Source: Chiloscyllium plagiosum
Lineage: Eukaryota
NCBI RefSeq assembly: GCF_004010195.1
Contig: NW_025213650.1
Location: 1 to 34,946, forward strand
DNA length: 34,946 bases
Reading direction: 5' to 3'
Positions 22,188-34,319 of this stretch are shown one piece after another. The position numbers and the translations under genes are program-made. The number at the start of each line of letters is the position of its first letter. The stretch's first letter is position 1. The notes below the pieces were generated by a model. That model had not been told where the DNA came from and did not search any database. It saw only the letters and a list, made by a program, of their open reading frames with translations.

Positions 22188-22259
22188 GCCCTGATTGTAT
22201 AGTGGTTAGTACTCTGCGTTGTGGCCGCAGCAACCGCCGTTCGAATCCGAGTCACGGCA
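22188..22259 (+). tRNA. TRNAH-GUG: tRNA-His(GTG), near-intact but with stem mismatches (possible recent pseudogene)
   Basis: GCCCTGATTGTATAGTGGTTAGTACTCTGCGTTGTGGCCGCAGCAACCGCCGTTCGAATCCGAGTCACGGCA differs at 4 positions from the vertebrate consensus, giving one acceptor-stem and two T-stem mismatches. Confidence 0.8.
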
Positions 22260-22281
22260 GTAATCGCTCTATCTGCCCCAG

Positions 22282-22286
22282 TTTTT
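22282..22286 (+). terminator. Pol III oligo-T terminator downstream of tRNA-His
   Basis: TTTTT about 22 nt after the tRNA 3' end. Confidence 0.5.
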
Positions 22287-22829
22287 GTGAAACACAAAGG
22301 AATCAGTTGTTTAACATGGTAATTTTCTCCAAGGTAATGATCTTTTTCCCTTCAAATTCTGCTTGCTCACATCTCTGTGTTTTATATGTCAGAATTCAAA
22401 TCCACCCGTTCTCAGAGATTTCTCTCCCTCCTTCGATCACTAACTGAACTTTCCGTCCCACATCCCCATTTCATTAATTTAGCGATGCCGGTGTTGGACT
22501 ATGGTGTACAAAGNNNNNNNNNNNNNNNNNNNNNNNNNNNNNNNNNNNNNNNNNNNNNNNNNNNNNNNNNNNNNNNNNNNNNNNNNNNNNNNNNNNNNNN
22601 NNNNNNNNNNNNNNNNNNNNNNNNNNNNNNNNNNNNNNNNNNNNNNNNNNNNNNNNNNNNNNNNNNNNNNNNNNNNNNNNNNNNNNNNNNNNNNNNNNNN
22701 NNNNNNNNNNNNNNNNNNNNNNNNNNNNNNNNNNNNNNNNNNNNNNNNNNNNNNNNNNNNNNNNNNNNNNNNNNNNNNNNNNNNNNNNNNNNNNNNNNNN
22801 NNNNNNGTTTCACGGGTTTTCTGCAATGG

Positions 22830-23150
22830 CTGAGCTCTATTACCACTGGACTGTTAACTCAGACACCATGCAAATGGAGTAGGGACCCGGGTTTGACTCC
22901 AACCATGCCAGGTGTTAGAATTGAGATTCAATAAATATCTGGAATTACGAATCTAATAACACCTGTAAATCCATGGTCAATTGTTGAAAAAACAAAACCA
23001 TCGGGTTTACTGACGTCCTTTGAGGAAGGCAAATGCTATTCTTACCTGTTCGGGCCTCCAGGTGACTCCAGACCCACTGCAATATGGTTGAGTCTCAACT
23101 GCCCGCTGTGCAATTAGGGATCGCAATCAATACTACCGAGCCAGCGACGC
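22830..23150 (+). mobile_element. Deu-domain SINE (SacSINE1-like)
   Basis: GGGACCCGGGTTTGACTCCAACCATG...TTCAATAAATATCTGGAATTA...GTGACTCCAGACCCACTGCAATATGGTTGAGTCTCAACTGCCC. Confidence 0.75.
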
Positions 23151-23189
23151 CCTCACATTGTAACAGAACAGGGGGAAAAAAAAGTTAAT

Positions 23190-23460
23190 TCGGCTCGAGC
23201 TCGATTACTGTGTGCAGTTCTACAATTCACAGTACAGCAATGATGTGATCGCAATGGAAACATTGCAGGACAGATTCAATGGGATATTGTCTGGCCTGAA
23301 GAGTTTCAGTTATGAGGAGAGATTGGACAGACTGGGGTAGTTTGTCACCGAGCAGAGGAGATTGGAGAAGACACGACTGAAATGTACAAAATAATGAGGG
23401 ATATGGATAGGATAGACTGAATGAAGCTTTTGTTATTGATGGTGGGATCGAACACTGATG
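23190..23460 (+). mobile_element. CR1 LINE ORF2 C-terminal remnant
   Basis: GATTACTGTGTGCAGTTC (DYCVQF)...AGTTATGAGGAGAGATTGGACAGACTGGGG (SYEERLDRLG)...ATGTACAAAATAATGAGGG. Confidence 0.8.
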
Positions 23461-24427
23461 TTAATTTGCCATTCCCAAACATATAAGACTGTGGGCTAAA
23501 CAATGGAAGACTTGATTCAGGTGGTTAAGCAGTTGCGTTGGACAAGTGCAGCCACAACAGGCTGAAGGGCCTCCTTCGATGTTGTCCTCCATAGTATCTT
23601 GGTTCGTGTCCCTCATGCTTGGCCATCCATTTTCGATTGGATATGCCACAGGAAAGACAGTGCTGTCTGAATCAGCTGGGGAAGGACTGCAGCTCCTGGG
23701 GAGAGAGAGTGTCAGTGAAAGTGCAAACACGTAACTTCAGCAAACTGCACATTGTGTTTGTGTTGCAATGAAAACCATTATATAGAGTTGTTCCTGACTA
23801 ATGTGTTTATTTACAGCAGGAATCTAAGGCAGAAAACAGAGTAAACCCATTCAAACCTGAGTGCAGAAACGTTTCCAGCAGAACGAATGAGGTTGTACAG
23901 CGCTAAACCACGTTTGCGTGCATTGCATTCCGGTTGATGGGCGCAGCTTGCTTTCACTCGGCTGAGTTACCAGTGTGTAAATGATACAGATAGTGTTCGA
24001 TGTGATGGTAGATTTGCTCAGTGGTTCGAACTGCTGTTAAGTCTGTAGGTTAGGTAGATTGGTCATGTTAAATTCCGCTGATGCGTCCAGAGAGTGAATT
24101 CAGTAAGTTAAGTGAGTGAGCCATGGGTAACACAGCAATAAGGTCAGCAGTCACACGATGTCAGGTTTTATTCCAGCAGGTTTATTTGAAATCACAAGCC
24201 AGGGGCCTGCGGGGATAGAGACGGGAGCTAGATCTGGTTGAGATGCTGTTCAGAGTGTCCCTACAGACTCGATTAGCAGAACTGTACTTTCTGCCTTGTA
24301 GGGAATCTGCGATTCTATCAGAGAGGACAATGCCAGCGTTTACTGGGCTGCTAAGGCATTGGAGACGATGCTGACGGCGTTCATTGGGGATGGAAGTTTA
24401 TTTATTTGTGTGTTGAAAAATTTGACA

Positions 24428-26190
24428 CTGAACCAAGGAAACCCGAATGGACGTTTTCCTGAGTATTTGAGGTTTGGAGAGAGTAAATAGGTGGTAAATT
24501 CACTCTTTCAAGTTCGTAAATTTCTGAACGTCAGGTTTTCAAAACCATCGATGTAGGACAAGGAAATGATGGGAGCAGACTTTCTGTCACTCAGAGAATC
24601 CGTTTCCAAAATACTTGGAAAGGCACATTTAGAGACGCACAAGCAGTGAGTTTCACCAGGAGAGAGACAGCCTGTGGCCAGGTAAAAGTGTAAAAGTGGG
24701 GTCTGGGGGGTAGAAGGTGCGAGGAAACAATGTCTAATTTGGACGACTTCAGATGCAAAGAAATATCGGAAACGTCTGCAGCTGAGTACGATTCAGCAAA
24801 AAAGAAACTCAGAGTTTTGAAAGATTTCTATTAATATTCCACATGAAGCATTATAAATGGAACTGACCAGATTTTGGATATTGTCAAGGAAAGCTATTCC
24901 ATAATGTACAGGAAGTGACCCGTCTCTTGGAGATCGATTTCCTGCTTTCATCCCATGGCTTAAAGGTGGGAGGACAATCGCCATGATGTTGGGTTCATTT
25001 GACAACCACTGAAATCTGCCAAAGTAACTGAGCATGAAAACTGGCATCTTGTTTTGTAGTTTAACATTCTGCTTTTCTCATCAGTATTTTCTTTTAGCTC
25101 AAATGAATTCGGAGCAAAATTGAATGCAACATTTAACGTTCCAATCACATAAATCAAATTCACTTCCGATCATTGCAGTGAACAGAGTGAAATTGCAGCA
25201 AAATTAATAAAATTAAACAAACAAAACTGCATTTCCGGGAATTTTACCCAGTTCAGGTACAGCCATGTGAGAAAGACCATCGAGCTAAAACATCACCTTC
25301 ACTTCTCTCTCCATATAAAAGTCTTCACGNNNNNNNNNNNNNNNNNNNNNNNNNNNNNNNNNNNNNNNNNNNNNNNNNNNNNNNNNNNNNNNNNNNNNNN
25401 NNNNNNNNNNNNNNNNNNNNNNNNNNNNNNNNNNNNNNNNNNNNNNNNNNNNNNNNNNNNNNNNNNNNNNNNNNNNNNNNNNNNNNNNNNNNNNNNNNNG
25501 TGCAACGTTACTTTCCTCCTTTCATTCCATCTTGACTTTCTATGAATTTTCATCGAATGAAAGTAAAACAAGTAAAGAAAGATCGGGTGCAATAGTTTGT
25601 CCAGTGGGATTGTGAATTTTAATGCAACACTTCACACAAAGTTCTGATCAGTATTTCAAACAGTCAATTGGAATTGGAACTGCAGAAAACTTCTCCTATG
25701 AAACGAACCTTTCAATCTTTCACAAACTACTGCTGTGTAGATCATACCGCAATCCATCATCCAGCGTGATCACCAAGTTGCCAACAACATTTGATCCACG
25801 AATTTTCTTTAGCAATCACACCTTCTGCACATATTCGTCTGTGGTATGACCAGTGCCATTTGTTGTCTCCAGGCCACAGCACATTCCTTGTTCATCAGTT
25901 TATGAGCCGAGTTCCTGATCTGTCTGATCAGTTTGATAAAACTTAACTATCACATCATCCCATCCCCTCAGAATTCTAAACTTATCAATAAAATATTGAG
26001 TTAGACCAAATGATATAGGATTGGAAGTCGGATATTCAGCTCATCGAGACTGCTCCACCATTCAAAGAACTTATGGCTGATCTGATAATCCTCAACTCCA
26101 TTCTCCTGCCTTACCTCGACAGAGCTTCATCGTCTTTCTGGTTAAATATCAGTCTGGCACAGTTTGAAAATACACAACCCAGCCTCAACA
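24428..26190 (+). repeat. Segmental duplication module, copy C
   Basis: Direct match to 1-1470 from ~25095; inverted match to 16626-17690. Confidence 0.85.
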
Positions 26191-26350
26191 ACAGTTTTAG
26201 TAAAGTGTTCCACCGATTCACTGGTCCCTGAGCAAAGAAATGACTCCTCATTTCTGACTTAAATAGGCAATATCTAATTCTGAGTTCATGTACTCTGGTG
26301 CTCTCCTCATACCAGAGGGTAAACCACATGCCTGTACCTACCCTGTCAAG
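26010..26350 (-). mobile_element. CR1/L2 LINE 3' end
   Basis: ORF 26111-26329(-) contains RVHELRIR...FKSEMRSHFFAQGPVNRWNTL, the CR1 C-terminal motif. Confidence 0.75.
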
Positions 26351-26419
26351 ATCTTATGAATAATGAACGTTTATAAATGTTTTTATGTGATTATACAGGT
26401 CCCCTCCGCCTCTTTTGAT

Positions 26420-27345
26420 CTAATGGGAAGGTTAGAACTGGCGTAAGATGAGGGAGTGGGGATGAGGAAACTGATGAAGTCCACATTGATGTCATGGGGT
26501 TGAACGGTCCCGAGAAAGACGATGAGGCGTTCTTCCTCCAGGCATCGGGTGGTGAGGGAGTGGCGATTAAGGTGGCTCAGGGCTTACATGTCCGTGGGAG
26601 AGTGAGTCGAAATGTTTGGCCATGCGTCAGTGAAGTTGAAGATTGCAGTTGTCCTGAGATGTTCTCTGAAGTGCTCTGTCAGAAGACATCCCCAATTTAG
26701 AGGCGATCGCATCTGGAGCAGCAGATACAACAAATACAACGTGTGGGAGTGCGGGTGAACGTTTGATGGATGTGGAAGGCTCCATTGGAGCCTCGGATAG
26801 AGATGAGGGGGGAGATGTTCGTGCAGGATTTGCAATTTCCGTGGTGGCAGAGGAAGGTGCAGGGAACGAATGGTGGGTCATTTGAGGGCGTGAACGTGAC
26901 TAAGTAGTCGCCGAGGGAAAGGTGTTTGAGGAAATCGGATAGGTTTGGGGAAGGAAATATATCCCTGGTGCTGGGGTCAATTTAGGGTGGCGAAAATGTC
27001 GGCAGATGATGTGATTTATGCGGAGGTTGGTGCAATGGAATGTGTGGACTTTCGTCTGTCCTTGTTCCGTCCATGTAGTGTTTGGAGATGTGGGGTTCAT
27101 GGATGGAGTGCGGGACAGGGATGAGATGCATTACAGAGCATCTTCAAACACATGGGAGGGGAATTTCCGATCTTAAATGAAGGAGGCCTTCTGGTGTGTT
27201 CGGTGGTGGAACTGGTCCTCTGGGAGCAGATGCAGCGGGGGCAGACGAGTTAGGAACACAGGAAAGCTTTTGTGCAGGAGGTGGGGTGGGAGGAGATGGA
27301 ATCTACATATCTGTGGTTGTCAGTGGGTTTGTTAAAAATATCAGT
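26420..27345 (-). mobile_element. Penelope-like element, decayed RT C-terminus and GIY-YIG endonuclease
   Basis: Minus-strand remnants include a Cys cluster before the nuclease, HVV(Y)CI.CSRC-like sequence and LLTEHFREHLR (GIY-YIG 'RFxEH' helix), split by frameshifts. Confidence 0.8.
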
Positions 27346-27941
27346 NNNNNNNNNNNNNNNNNNNNNNNNNNNNNNNNNNNNNNNNNNNNNNNNNNNNNNN
27401 NNNNNNNNNNNNNNNNNNNNNNNNNNNNNNNNNNNNNNNNNNNNNNNNNNNNNNNNNNNNNNNNNNNNNNNNNNNNNNNNNNNNNNNNNNNNNNNNNNNN
27501 NNNNNNNNNNNNNNNNNNNNNNNNNNNNNNNNNNNNNNNNNNNNNNNNNNNNNNNNNNNNNNNNNNNNNNNNNNNNNNNNNNNNNNNNNNNNNNNNNNNN
27601 NNNNNNNNNNNNNNNNNNNNNNNNNNNNNNNNNNNNNNNNNNNNNNNNNNNNNNNNNNNNNNNNNNNNNNNNNNNNNNNNNNNNNNNNNNNNNNNNNNNN
27701 NNNNNNNNNNNNNNNNNNNNNNNNNNNNNNNNNNNNNNNNNNNNNNNNNNNNNNNNNNNNNNNNNNNNNNNNNNNNNNNNNNNNNNNNNNNNNNNNNNNN
27801 NNNNNNNNNNNNNNNNNNNNNNNNNNNNNNNNNNNNNNNNNNNNNNNNNNNNNNNNNNNNNNNNNNNNNNNNNNNNNNNNNNNNNNNNNNNNNNNNNNNN
27901 NNNNNNNNNNNNNNNNNNNNNNNNNNNNNNNNNNNNNNNNN

Positions 27942-28020
27942 NTTTCTGCTACATGTATGCTGCCTGACCTGCTGTGCTTCTTCAGCACCACTCTAATCTT
28001 GACTCTGATCTCCAGCATGT
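27942..28020 (+). mobile_element. Penelope-like terminal fragment
   Basis: ATGCTGCCTGACCTGCTGTGCTTCTTCAGCACCACTCTAATCTTGACTCTGATCTCCAGCAT; same family as 5187-5368. Confidence 0.75.
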
Positions 28021-28769
28021 AAAGTACGCACGTCCATCCAACTGATTTCCCCTGTCCATTGATCTTCAGTGATCATGAATGTCCACGCCAAGATCTCTTT
28101 GTCTGTTTGCACCACACAGAATACTCACTGCTATTATTTCTTCTCCCTAATTTCGTCAACACTCATTGGTCTGGATTCAATTCCATTCGCCATTTTCCTT
28201 TCCACCAGATTGATACTTCCTTGCAATCTCTGACATTCGTCGTCATAGTCAACTGCACGACCAATTGTTGCATCATTAGCAAACTTCTGAATTTTGGCTC
28301 CTACAACTAAGTCTACATCACTGATCTACATCAGAAAACAATGGAACTCCACTTGAAACACGCATCCAAACAGGGTTCATTGCTGGTTGGGACGAACAGC
28401 TGCAATAACAGCAGTTTTGATCTCCTGCTGTCATTTGTAAACTCACTGTTGACTCTGTCAATTGTTCTCCTGAGGGATTAGTTCTCCCATATGGAAGCTG
28501 TGAATTACCTGTGCGCATTGTGACTGAGCAAGTGAGTTTACAGCTAAGCAGGTAATTGATTCACTTCCTGCAGTCACCCCATGGCCCTAGCTTCTTGGCG
28601 CCGTGGATATCCTTGTGTCTATTTTGTTTGATAATCAGTTGAATTCGAGTCCACACAGGCACGATTCCCATTTTCCCTGTTGTGCATGTATTTTTATTCT
28701 TCCTTATTCTCCCACGGAATATTGTTATCCTTGGTCTGAAGAGCATTTGTTGTTCATTCTTAATTCACC

Positions 28770-29030
28770 TTGAACTGAGTCAGAGGGCATTCATGGGTGG
28801 CTACATTTTTCTGGGTCGTAGTCCCAGGTTGCCTGGACTCGTTATGGTCGGCAGATTTCCCTTTCGAAGGAACATGAATAAATGAGTTTTCAGCAATATA
28901 AAGTTATTGTCTCTGTTGCTGAGATTGGGTGTATTTTCCAGATTTTACTCATAGAATTTAAGTAACAGCAGTTGCCGCATTCCAGTCTCCAAAGATTACT
29001 AGCCCAATACATCGACGCTGCACTAACAGC
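28770..29030 (-). mobile_element. Old Deu-domain SINE
   Basis: CCTTGAACTGAGTCAGAGGGCA...GGCAGATTTCCCTTTCGAAGGAACAT...TTCCAGATTTTA. Confidence 0.5.
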
Positions 29031-29421
29031 TCCCTGCTGCATTTCTCCATTCGAAGAATGACATTGTCAAATCAGGTTATCCAAAATGGAGAGAGAATAG
29101 GACGTGTTTCTGTGTTGGAATGGAAGCAATGTACGCTGGATTGGAATGTTTACTGGAGCAAGAGAATGGTGTGGAGACGATGTGAGCAAAAGCAGTTCTT
29201 CCTGTAAAAGTAACAAAATACCGCTTTGTTGAGGAAAATCTCTTAGAAAGCTTTCAATACATCGACCTCTCTCTGAAGGCTCCAGCACGCTTTCTCTGAG
29301 CCAACCCTCAGTGCGGGTTAATGCTGCTGCTGAATTTTAACAATATAATAAATTGAGACTAATATGCCCTTCCACCTCGCCTTTGACCAGAAGCACTCCC
29401 AGCCTCAGCATTTCACGCGCT

Positions 29422-29757
29422 TGGATAAATAGACAAAGTCTTTTACCTGTTTCGGGGAGTCCAGAACGAGATTTAGGTTGAGAATGGAAACATATAAAAG
29501 AAACCTAAAGGTTTTCTTTTTCACACAGAGGGTGACGCGTGTATGGAATGAGCGGTCAGAGGAAGTGGTGGAGGCTGGTACAATTGCAACATTTCAAAGG
29601 CATTTGGATGGGTATGTGAATAAGAAGGGTTTGGAGAGATATCGGCCGGGTGCTGACAGGTGGGACAAGATTGGGTTGGGATATCTGATCAGCATGGACG
29701 GGTTGAACCAAAGAGTCTGTTTCCATGCTGTACACCTCTATAACTCTATGACTCAAT
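29422..29757 (+). mobile_element. CR1 LINE 3' end inserted into His-module copy 2
   Basis: ORF 29478-29759 contains FFFTQRVTRVWNERSEEVVEAGTIATFQRHLD, followed by a CTCTATAACTCTATGACTC tail; absent from the paralog at ~21705-21725. Confidence 0.9.
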
Positions 29758-30230
29758 GACTGCACCTTTACCAGTCATGTCGCTGGTGCCATAGAATAGC
29801 TTCACGTGTTGATTTCCACTCCCACTTCCGGTTTGGTATTCGTGGCTCCTCCACGAAGTTTGTCTGATACCGGTTCTCAGAACTGGGGTTATGTGACTGA
29901 CTACAGCAATGGGTACCTCCTTGTGTGGGGAAGTTGGTGAAAAAACTGTTATTAACACACTGTTATTTAAACATACATTACAGTAATATCCCGCACTACC
30001 CCGTGAACCTTGTTGTTTCTAGAAATCTATCAAACTCAGTCATCAACATGCTGTCCTCGATGGAACCACCACAGCGTCTGGGGATATCGAATTTAAAGAT
30101 TCAGCTAATTCTGAATTCCCACATGTCTGATATCGCTCGCCTAATATTCCTGTTGTGCATCTGCTACTCTTCCTAACATATCCTCTGTCACTGTCATGAT
30201 CACCTTTTGAAAAGCATGTCTCCTCATGAC

Positions 30231-30303
30231 TCAGTGATTGTTTAATTGTTAAAAGATTCTGCATTGTGGCCGCAGTAAGCTCGTTAGAATCCGAGTCACT
30301 GCA
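30231..30303 (+). pseudogene. tRNA-His(GTG) pseudogene
   Basis: TCAGTGATTG...TCTGCATTGTGGCCGCAGTAAGCTCGTTAGAATCCGAGTCACTGCA; same position in the paralogous module as 22188-22259. Confidence 0.8.
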
Positions 30304-31239
30304 TTTTCCTCCTTGTGACTCATGCTGAAGAAACACGGAAAGGAATTAGTTGATTTTACATGAAAGCATTCTCAGAGATTACGATTTTCCCCCATCAAAC
30401 CCNNNNNNNNNNNNNNNNNNNNNNNNNNNNNNNNNNNNNNNNNNNNNNNNNNNNNNNNNNNNNNNNNNNNNNNNNNNNNNNNNNNNNNNNNNNNNNNNNN
30501 NNNNNNNNNNNNNNNNNNNNNNNNNNNNNNNNNNNNNNNNNNNNNNNNNNNNNNNNNNNNNNNNNNNNNNNNNNNNNNNNNNNNNNNNNNNNNNNNNNNN
30601 NNNNNNNNNNNNNNNNNNNNNNNNNNNNNNNNNNNNNNNNNNNNNNNNNNNNNNNNNNNNNNNNNNNNNNNNNNNNNNNNNNNNNNNNNNNNNNNNNNNN
30701 NNNNNNNNNNNNNNNNNNNNNNNNNNNNNNNNNNNNNNNNNNNNNNNNNNNNNNNNNNNNNNNNNNNNNNNNNNNNNNNNNNNNNNNNNNNNNNNNNNNN
30801 NNNNNNNNNNNNNNNNNNNNNNNNNNNNNNNNNNNNNNNNNNNNNNNNNNNNNNNNNNNNNNNNNNNNNNNNNNNNNNNNNNNNNNNNNNNNNNNNNNNN
30901 NNNNNNNNNNNNNNNNNNNNNNNNNNNNNNNNNNNNNNNNNNNNNNNNNNNNNNNNNNNNNNNNNNNNNNNNNNNNNNNNNNNNNNNNNNNNCTAACTCC
31001 ATACAATTTTCCACACAGCGCTTTATTTACCTGGATTATGTTTAGTAAACAGTACATTAACAATTAATTCCATTCTTAATTTTTTTTAAAAATCAGACTG
31101 ATTAAAGAATATATCTGCAAATACTGTTGGTTGTATAGAATAATAAGGATGTTTGTTGGCATGCTGAGATCTCCAGGTTTGATCTCCCTTCACATTATTA
31201 CAGCAAGACATGCAGAATGCAGCTCAGAGTCAATCCTGT

Positions 31240-31485
31240 TTACTTGGAATTGTAATCACATTTAGGTCAGACCATCTGAGATGTCAAGATTCCAGTTGGG
31301 TTTTTAAAAATAATCCATCAGTTTCATAGTTGATTATACTGATCTGTATTCTGTATAAATTTATAAATTTTTGAAAACTGAATGCAAATTCTCAAGCTGG
31401 TATGGAAGAATTGAACTTTCTTCTCTGGATGATTAGCTCATGCCTCTGGACTACCCTCCAGTAACATAACTACTATATTACTGTA
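31240..31485 (-). mobile_element. Old Deu-domain SINE
   Basis: CCAGTTGGGTTTTTAAAAATAATCC...AACTGAATGCAAATTCTCAAGCTG...CTCTGGATGATTAG...CCAGTAACATAACTACTATATTAC. Confidence 0.55.
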
Positions 31486-31673
31486 CATGAATGAGTGAAG
31501 TTGCCTGCCCTCTCAACTGGAACAGTGGCTAAGATATAACCTATTCATATTCCTACGTTCTATGCCCCCCCTCAACTCATACAGATGGGTGTCAGCTCTT
31601 CTGCTCCCAGTTCCCATGTTTCAAGCCTGTAATTAGAAGGCTGCAATTACAACAGTTGTGGATTAAGTTCTGA

Positions 31674-31694
31674 TCTCTCTCTCTCTCTCTCTCC
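31674..31694. repeat. (CT)n microsatellite
   Basis: TCTCTCTCTCTCTCTCTCTC. Confidence 0.9.
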
Positions 31695-31984
31695 CTAATA
31701 AGTCACACAGTGACATAGCTGAGGGTGAGCCTGGAAATTTTAAAGATTACTAGTACAAATATACATCCAACTAATCTGCGTGTAACATGCTTGAATAAGA
31801 ATCTTTTATTAATCACGCAACAGATGTCCCTAACTCACTCTGAGCACGTGGTATTCAGTAAGAAAAACCTCTTCAATATCTTTTCCACAAGATTCATCCT
31901 AAGCCCACCCTCCTCAGAAGGACTAATAAAGATCCAAAATCAACTAGGAAAAAAGGAAATGATCCCAAGACTCTTACATATTTA

Positions 31985-32215
31985 CATTAGATAGAGATAA
32001 GACCATACGACATTGGAGCAGAAATTAGGCCATTCGACCCAAAGAGTTTGCTCTGCCATTCAATCATTTTCAAACCCCATTTTCCCACTTTCTCCCCATA
32101 ACCTTTGATCCTCTTGGCAATCAAGAACTTATCTATCTCTGTTTTAAACATACTCAATGACCTGGTTTCCCCAGCCTTCTGTGGCAATGAATTCCACAGA
32201 TTTACCACTCTCTGG
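31985..32215 (-). mobile_element. CR1 LINE 3' end
   Basis: ORF 31987-32208(-) reads VNLWNSLPQKAGETRSLSMFKTEIDKFL. Confidence 0.9.
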
Positions 32216-33724
32216 CCGGTGAGTATAGGGTGCAGGGTGCCTTTGTTTCAAATTGAAGGCTTTGGAGAGGCATTTAGACTATAGTGTGGTAAAAATCTGA
32301 CAATGCTGCCAAGCCTGGTGAGTCACACCATTTGAAAGAAACAGGGAAAGCCTCTGCCCAGCAGCTGGTGCAGTTGATGAAAATGATTTCTGATGACTCA
32401 CAGAATGACAAAGGAGACTGACATAAGCAGGCAGTTCATATTGCACAGTTAAAATTATGTCTTTTTCCTGATCCATGTCAGACACACTGCTCAGTTGAAC
32501 CCCCTTTTACCACCCACAGCTTCATTACAAGTGGAAGCATAGCTCAAACCAAGTGTAGAATGTATCTTGTTTATTTTAGGAAAATTAGGATATTTCATTT
32601 GCTATATCTGAGTGGACCATATCAGTGAAATTTTGTCAACTTCTGCAATATTTTTAAACATTGGCATTGTGCTTTGGAGCAAAAACTAAGAATATTTGAT
32701 TCCAACAAATGACTAAAAATGCAGACATTTTCAGCAGAAGGGACAATTTTCTTCTGTCAACTTTATACATGCGAATACTTACTGTGTACAAAAACAATAA
32801 AGTCCTGACAGCTGCCATCAATAATCACATTTTCAGAGGTGCTGGCAAAAATTAGCATTTACGTCCATTGGACACTCAAAAGGTAAGGAGATTCAGTATC
32901 TGGTAATAAAGGCTCTCGCAGTTTCAATCCACTGAGTTACCATCCTCCTCACACAACTGCTTGTCTGTATTTCTCGCCTCCATACACCAATTCGTTACAT
33001 ACACCCATTCATATATACATATACTCATTCTATTTGCAGTGCTGGTACAGCAGTGGAACCATTTGCAGTGAAAACAGAAAGGTCATTCATGGCTCATTAG
33101 AAGGTAGGGAGAGGGTTAATGCTTTCTTTTGGATATTTAACTGGCCCATTATAGTGTACAGCTGCAAAAGTTGTAATAAGGACCATTATCTCAAAAACTG
33201 GTCATGTAATAGGCTGGGAAAGAAATATTCTAACCTGGATTTTCACCTACGAATTGGGTTGCAGGGATTGGGTAAGTTATCGGCTTTGAGTGCCCGGCTC
33301 AGGGAAAAGTGACCACACAGAGGGATGTTTATTACCAGGAGGCAGGTACAGGCTTCAGATAGGCCAGCTGACCTGGAAAAGAGGTCAGAGGTAGCCACAT
33401 GGCTCCTAGGTACCTGCCTTGTTGTTGTGTGCCATTGTCTCAGTTGTCATGAAACTACAAGGCCATCTAGTCCTCACCACTCACATATTTCTCAATTCAC
33501 GCCATCTTTTGTTCACCCTGACAGATTATGACCTCATACATCACCCCCTCCCCCGTCATCCACAATGTTCCTTTATGCCATGTCTACCACTCACCTCCCA
33601 AGACACCTCATGCCCCTTTGCCAATCTCTGTACCTCCATCCACTAGGCCTTTCTGCTTACCCCAATGGCCCCTCGTGCCAAAGTCTTGCACTTCAATGCC
33701 AAGCGAATCACTAAATATTGTACT

Positions 33725-33762
33725 GTACCATAACTAAACCCCCTGGCTTATATATATATAAT

Positions 33763-33803
<41 letters not shown>

Positions 33804-34319
33804 TATACATACACACATACCTACATAGAATAATAAAAAAAAACCCCAATGGGGGGAGAAAATCATTAAATAGAGAACAAATAAATAAATCCCTCTCCCC
33901 ACCCCCCAAGATAATATTAAACAGTAAGATAAGAAAAAAGAAAAAGGAGGGGGATATAAACCGGATGGGGGAAAGGCAAACCAACATCCATTGTCTCTTA
34001 CAATTTATCTAAGAGAGTCCAAAAATTCCTTAGTCTTTTCTGGCGATCCAAAGTTATACACGGATCCTTCATGGTTAAAGCGTAGCGTCGCTGGGTAGCG
34101 TAAGGAGTACTGAATATTTAAGTCCCTTAAACACTTCCCTTTAGTCATTTTTACTAAAAATTAGATTGTTTAAATTTAATACTAAGCAACTAATTAAATT
34201 AAACAGCTATTTTAAATGATTTGGTGAGTGTGGTGGGGGTGGGTGGCCCACTTTGCCCAAGTCTTGGGAGGAGCACTATAGACTCAGACTTGCTGGGTCG
34301 CCGCCATCTTGGATCCCCC
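33725..34319 (-). mobile_element. Internally deleted L1-like element (intact 5' end, mini-ORF1, inter-ORF region)
   Basis: Minus strand begins GGGGGATCCAAGATGGCGGC (YY1-like motif at an L1 5' end). ORF 34148-34005 reads MTKGKCLRDLNIQYSLRYPATLRFNHEGSVYNFGSPEKTKEFLDSLR*, carrying the L1 ORF1p CTD pattern YPAxL...G....F.SP. The 3' boundary is uncertain. Confidence 0.75.
33748..33822. repeat. (TA)n/(CA)n compound microsatellite
   Basis: TATATATATA...CATATATATATATATATATATATACACACATATATACATACACAC. Confidence 0.9.

Larger units (their letters stand above)
21655..22350 (+). repeat. tRNA-His flanking module, copy 1 (paralog at 29372-30400)
   Basis: CGCCTTTGACCAGGAGCAC / CGCCTTTGACCAGAAGCAC; CCTTGTGGGGGGAATCTGGTGAA / CCTTGTGTGGGGAAGTTGGTGAA; GATGGAATCACCACAGC / GATGGAACCACCACAGC. 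Confidence 0.8.

Noticed and set aside
32220..33720. Unassigned sequence with short ORFs, possibly host exons
   Set aside because: No recognisable protein motif or convincing exon structure by eye.
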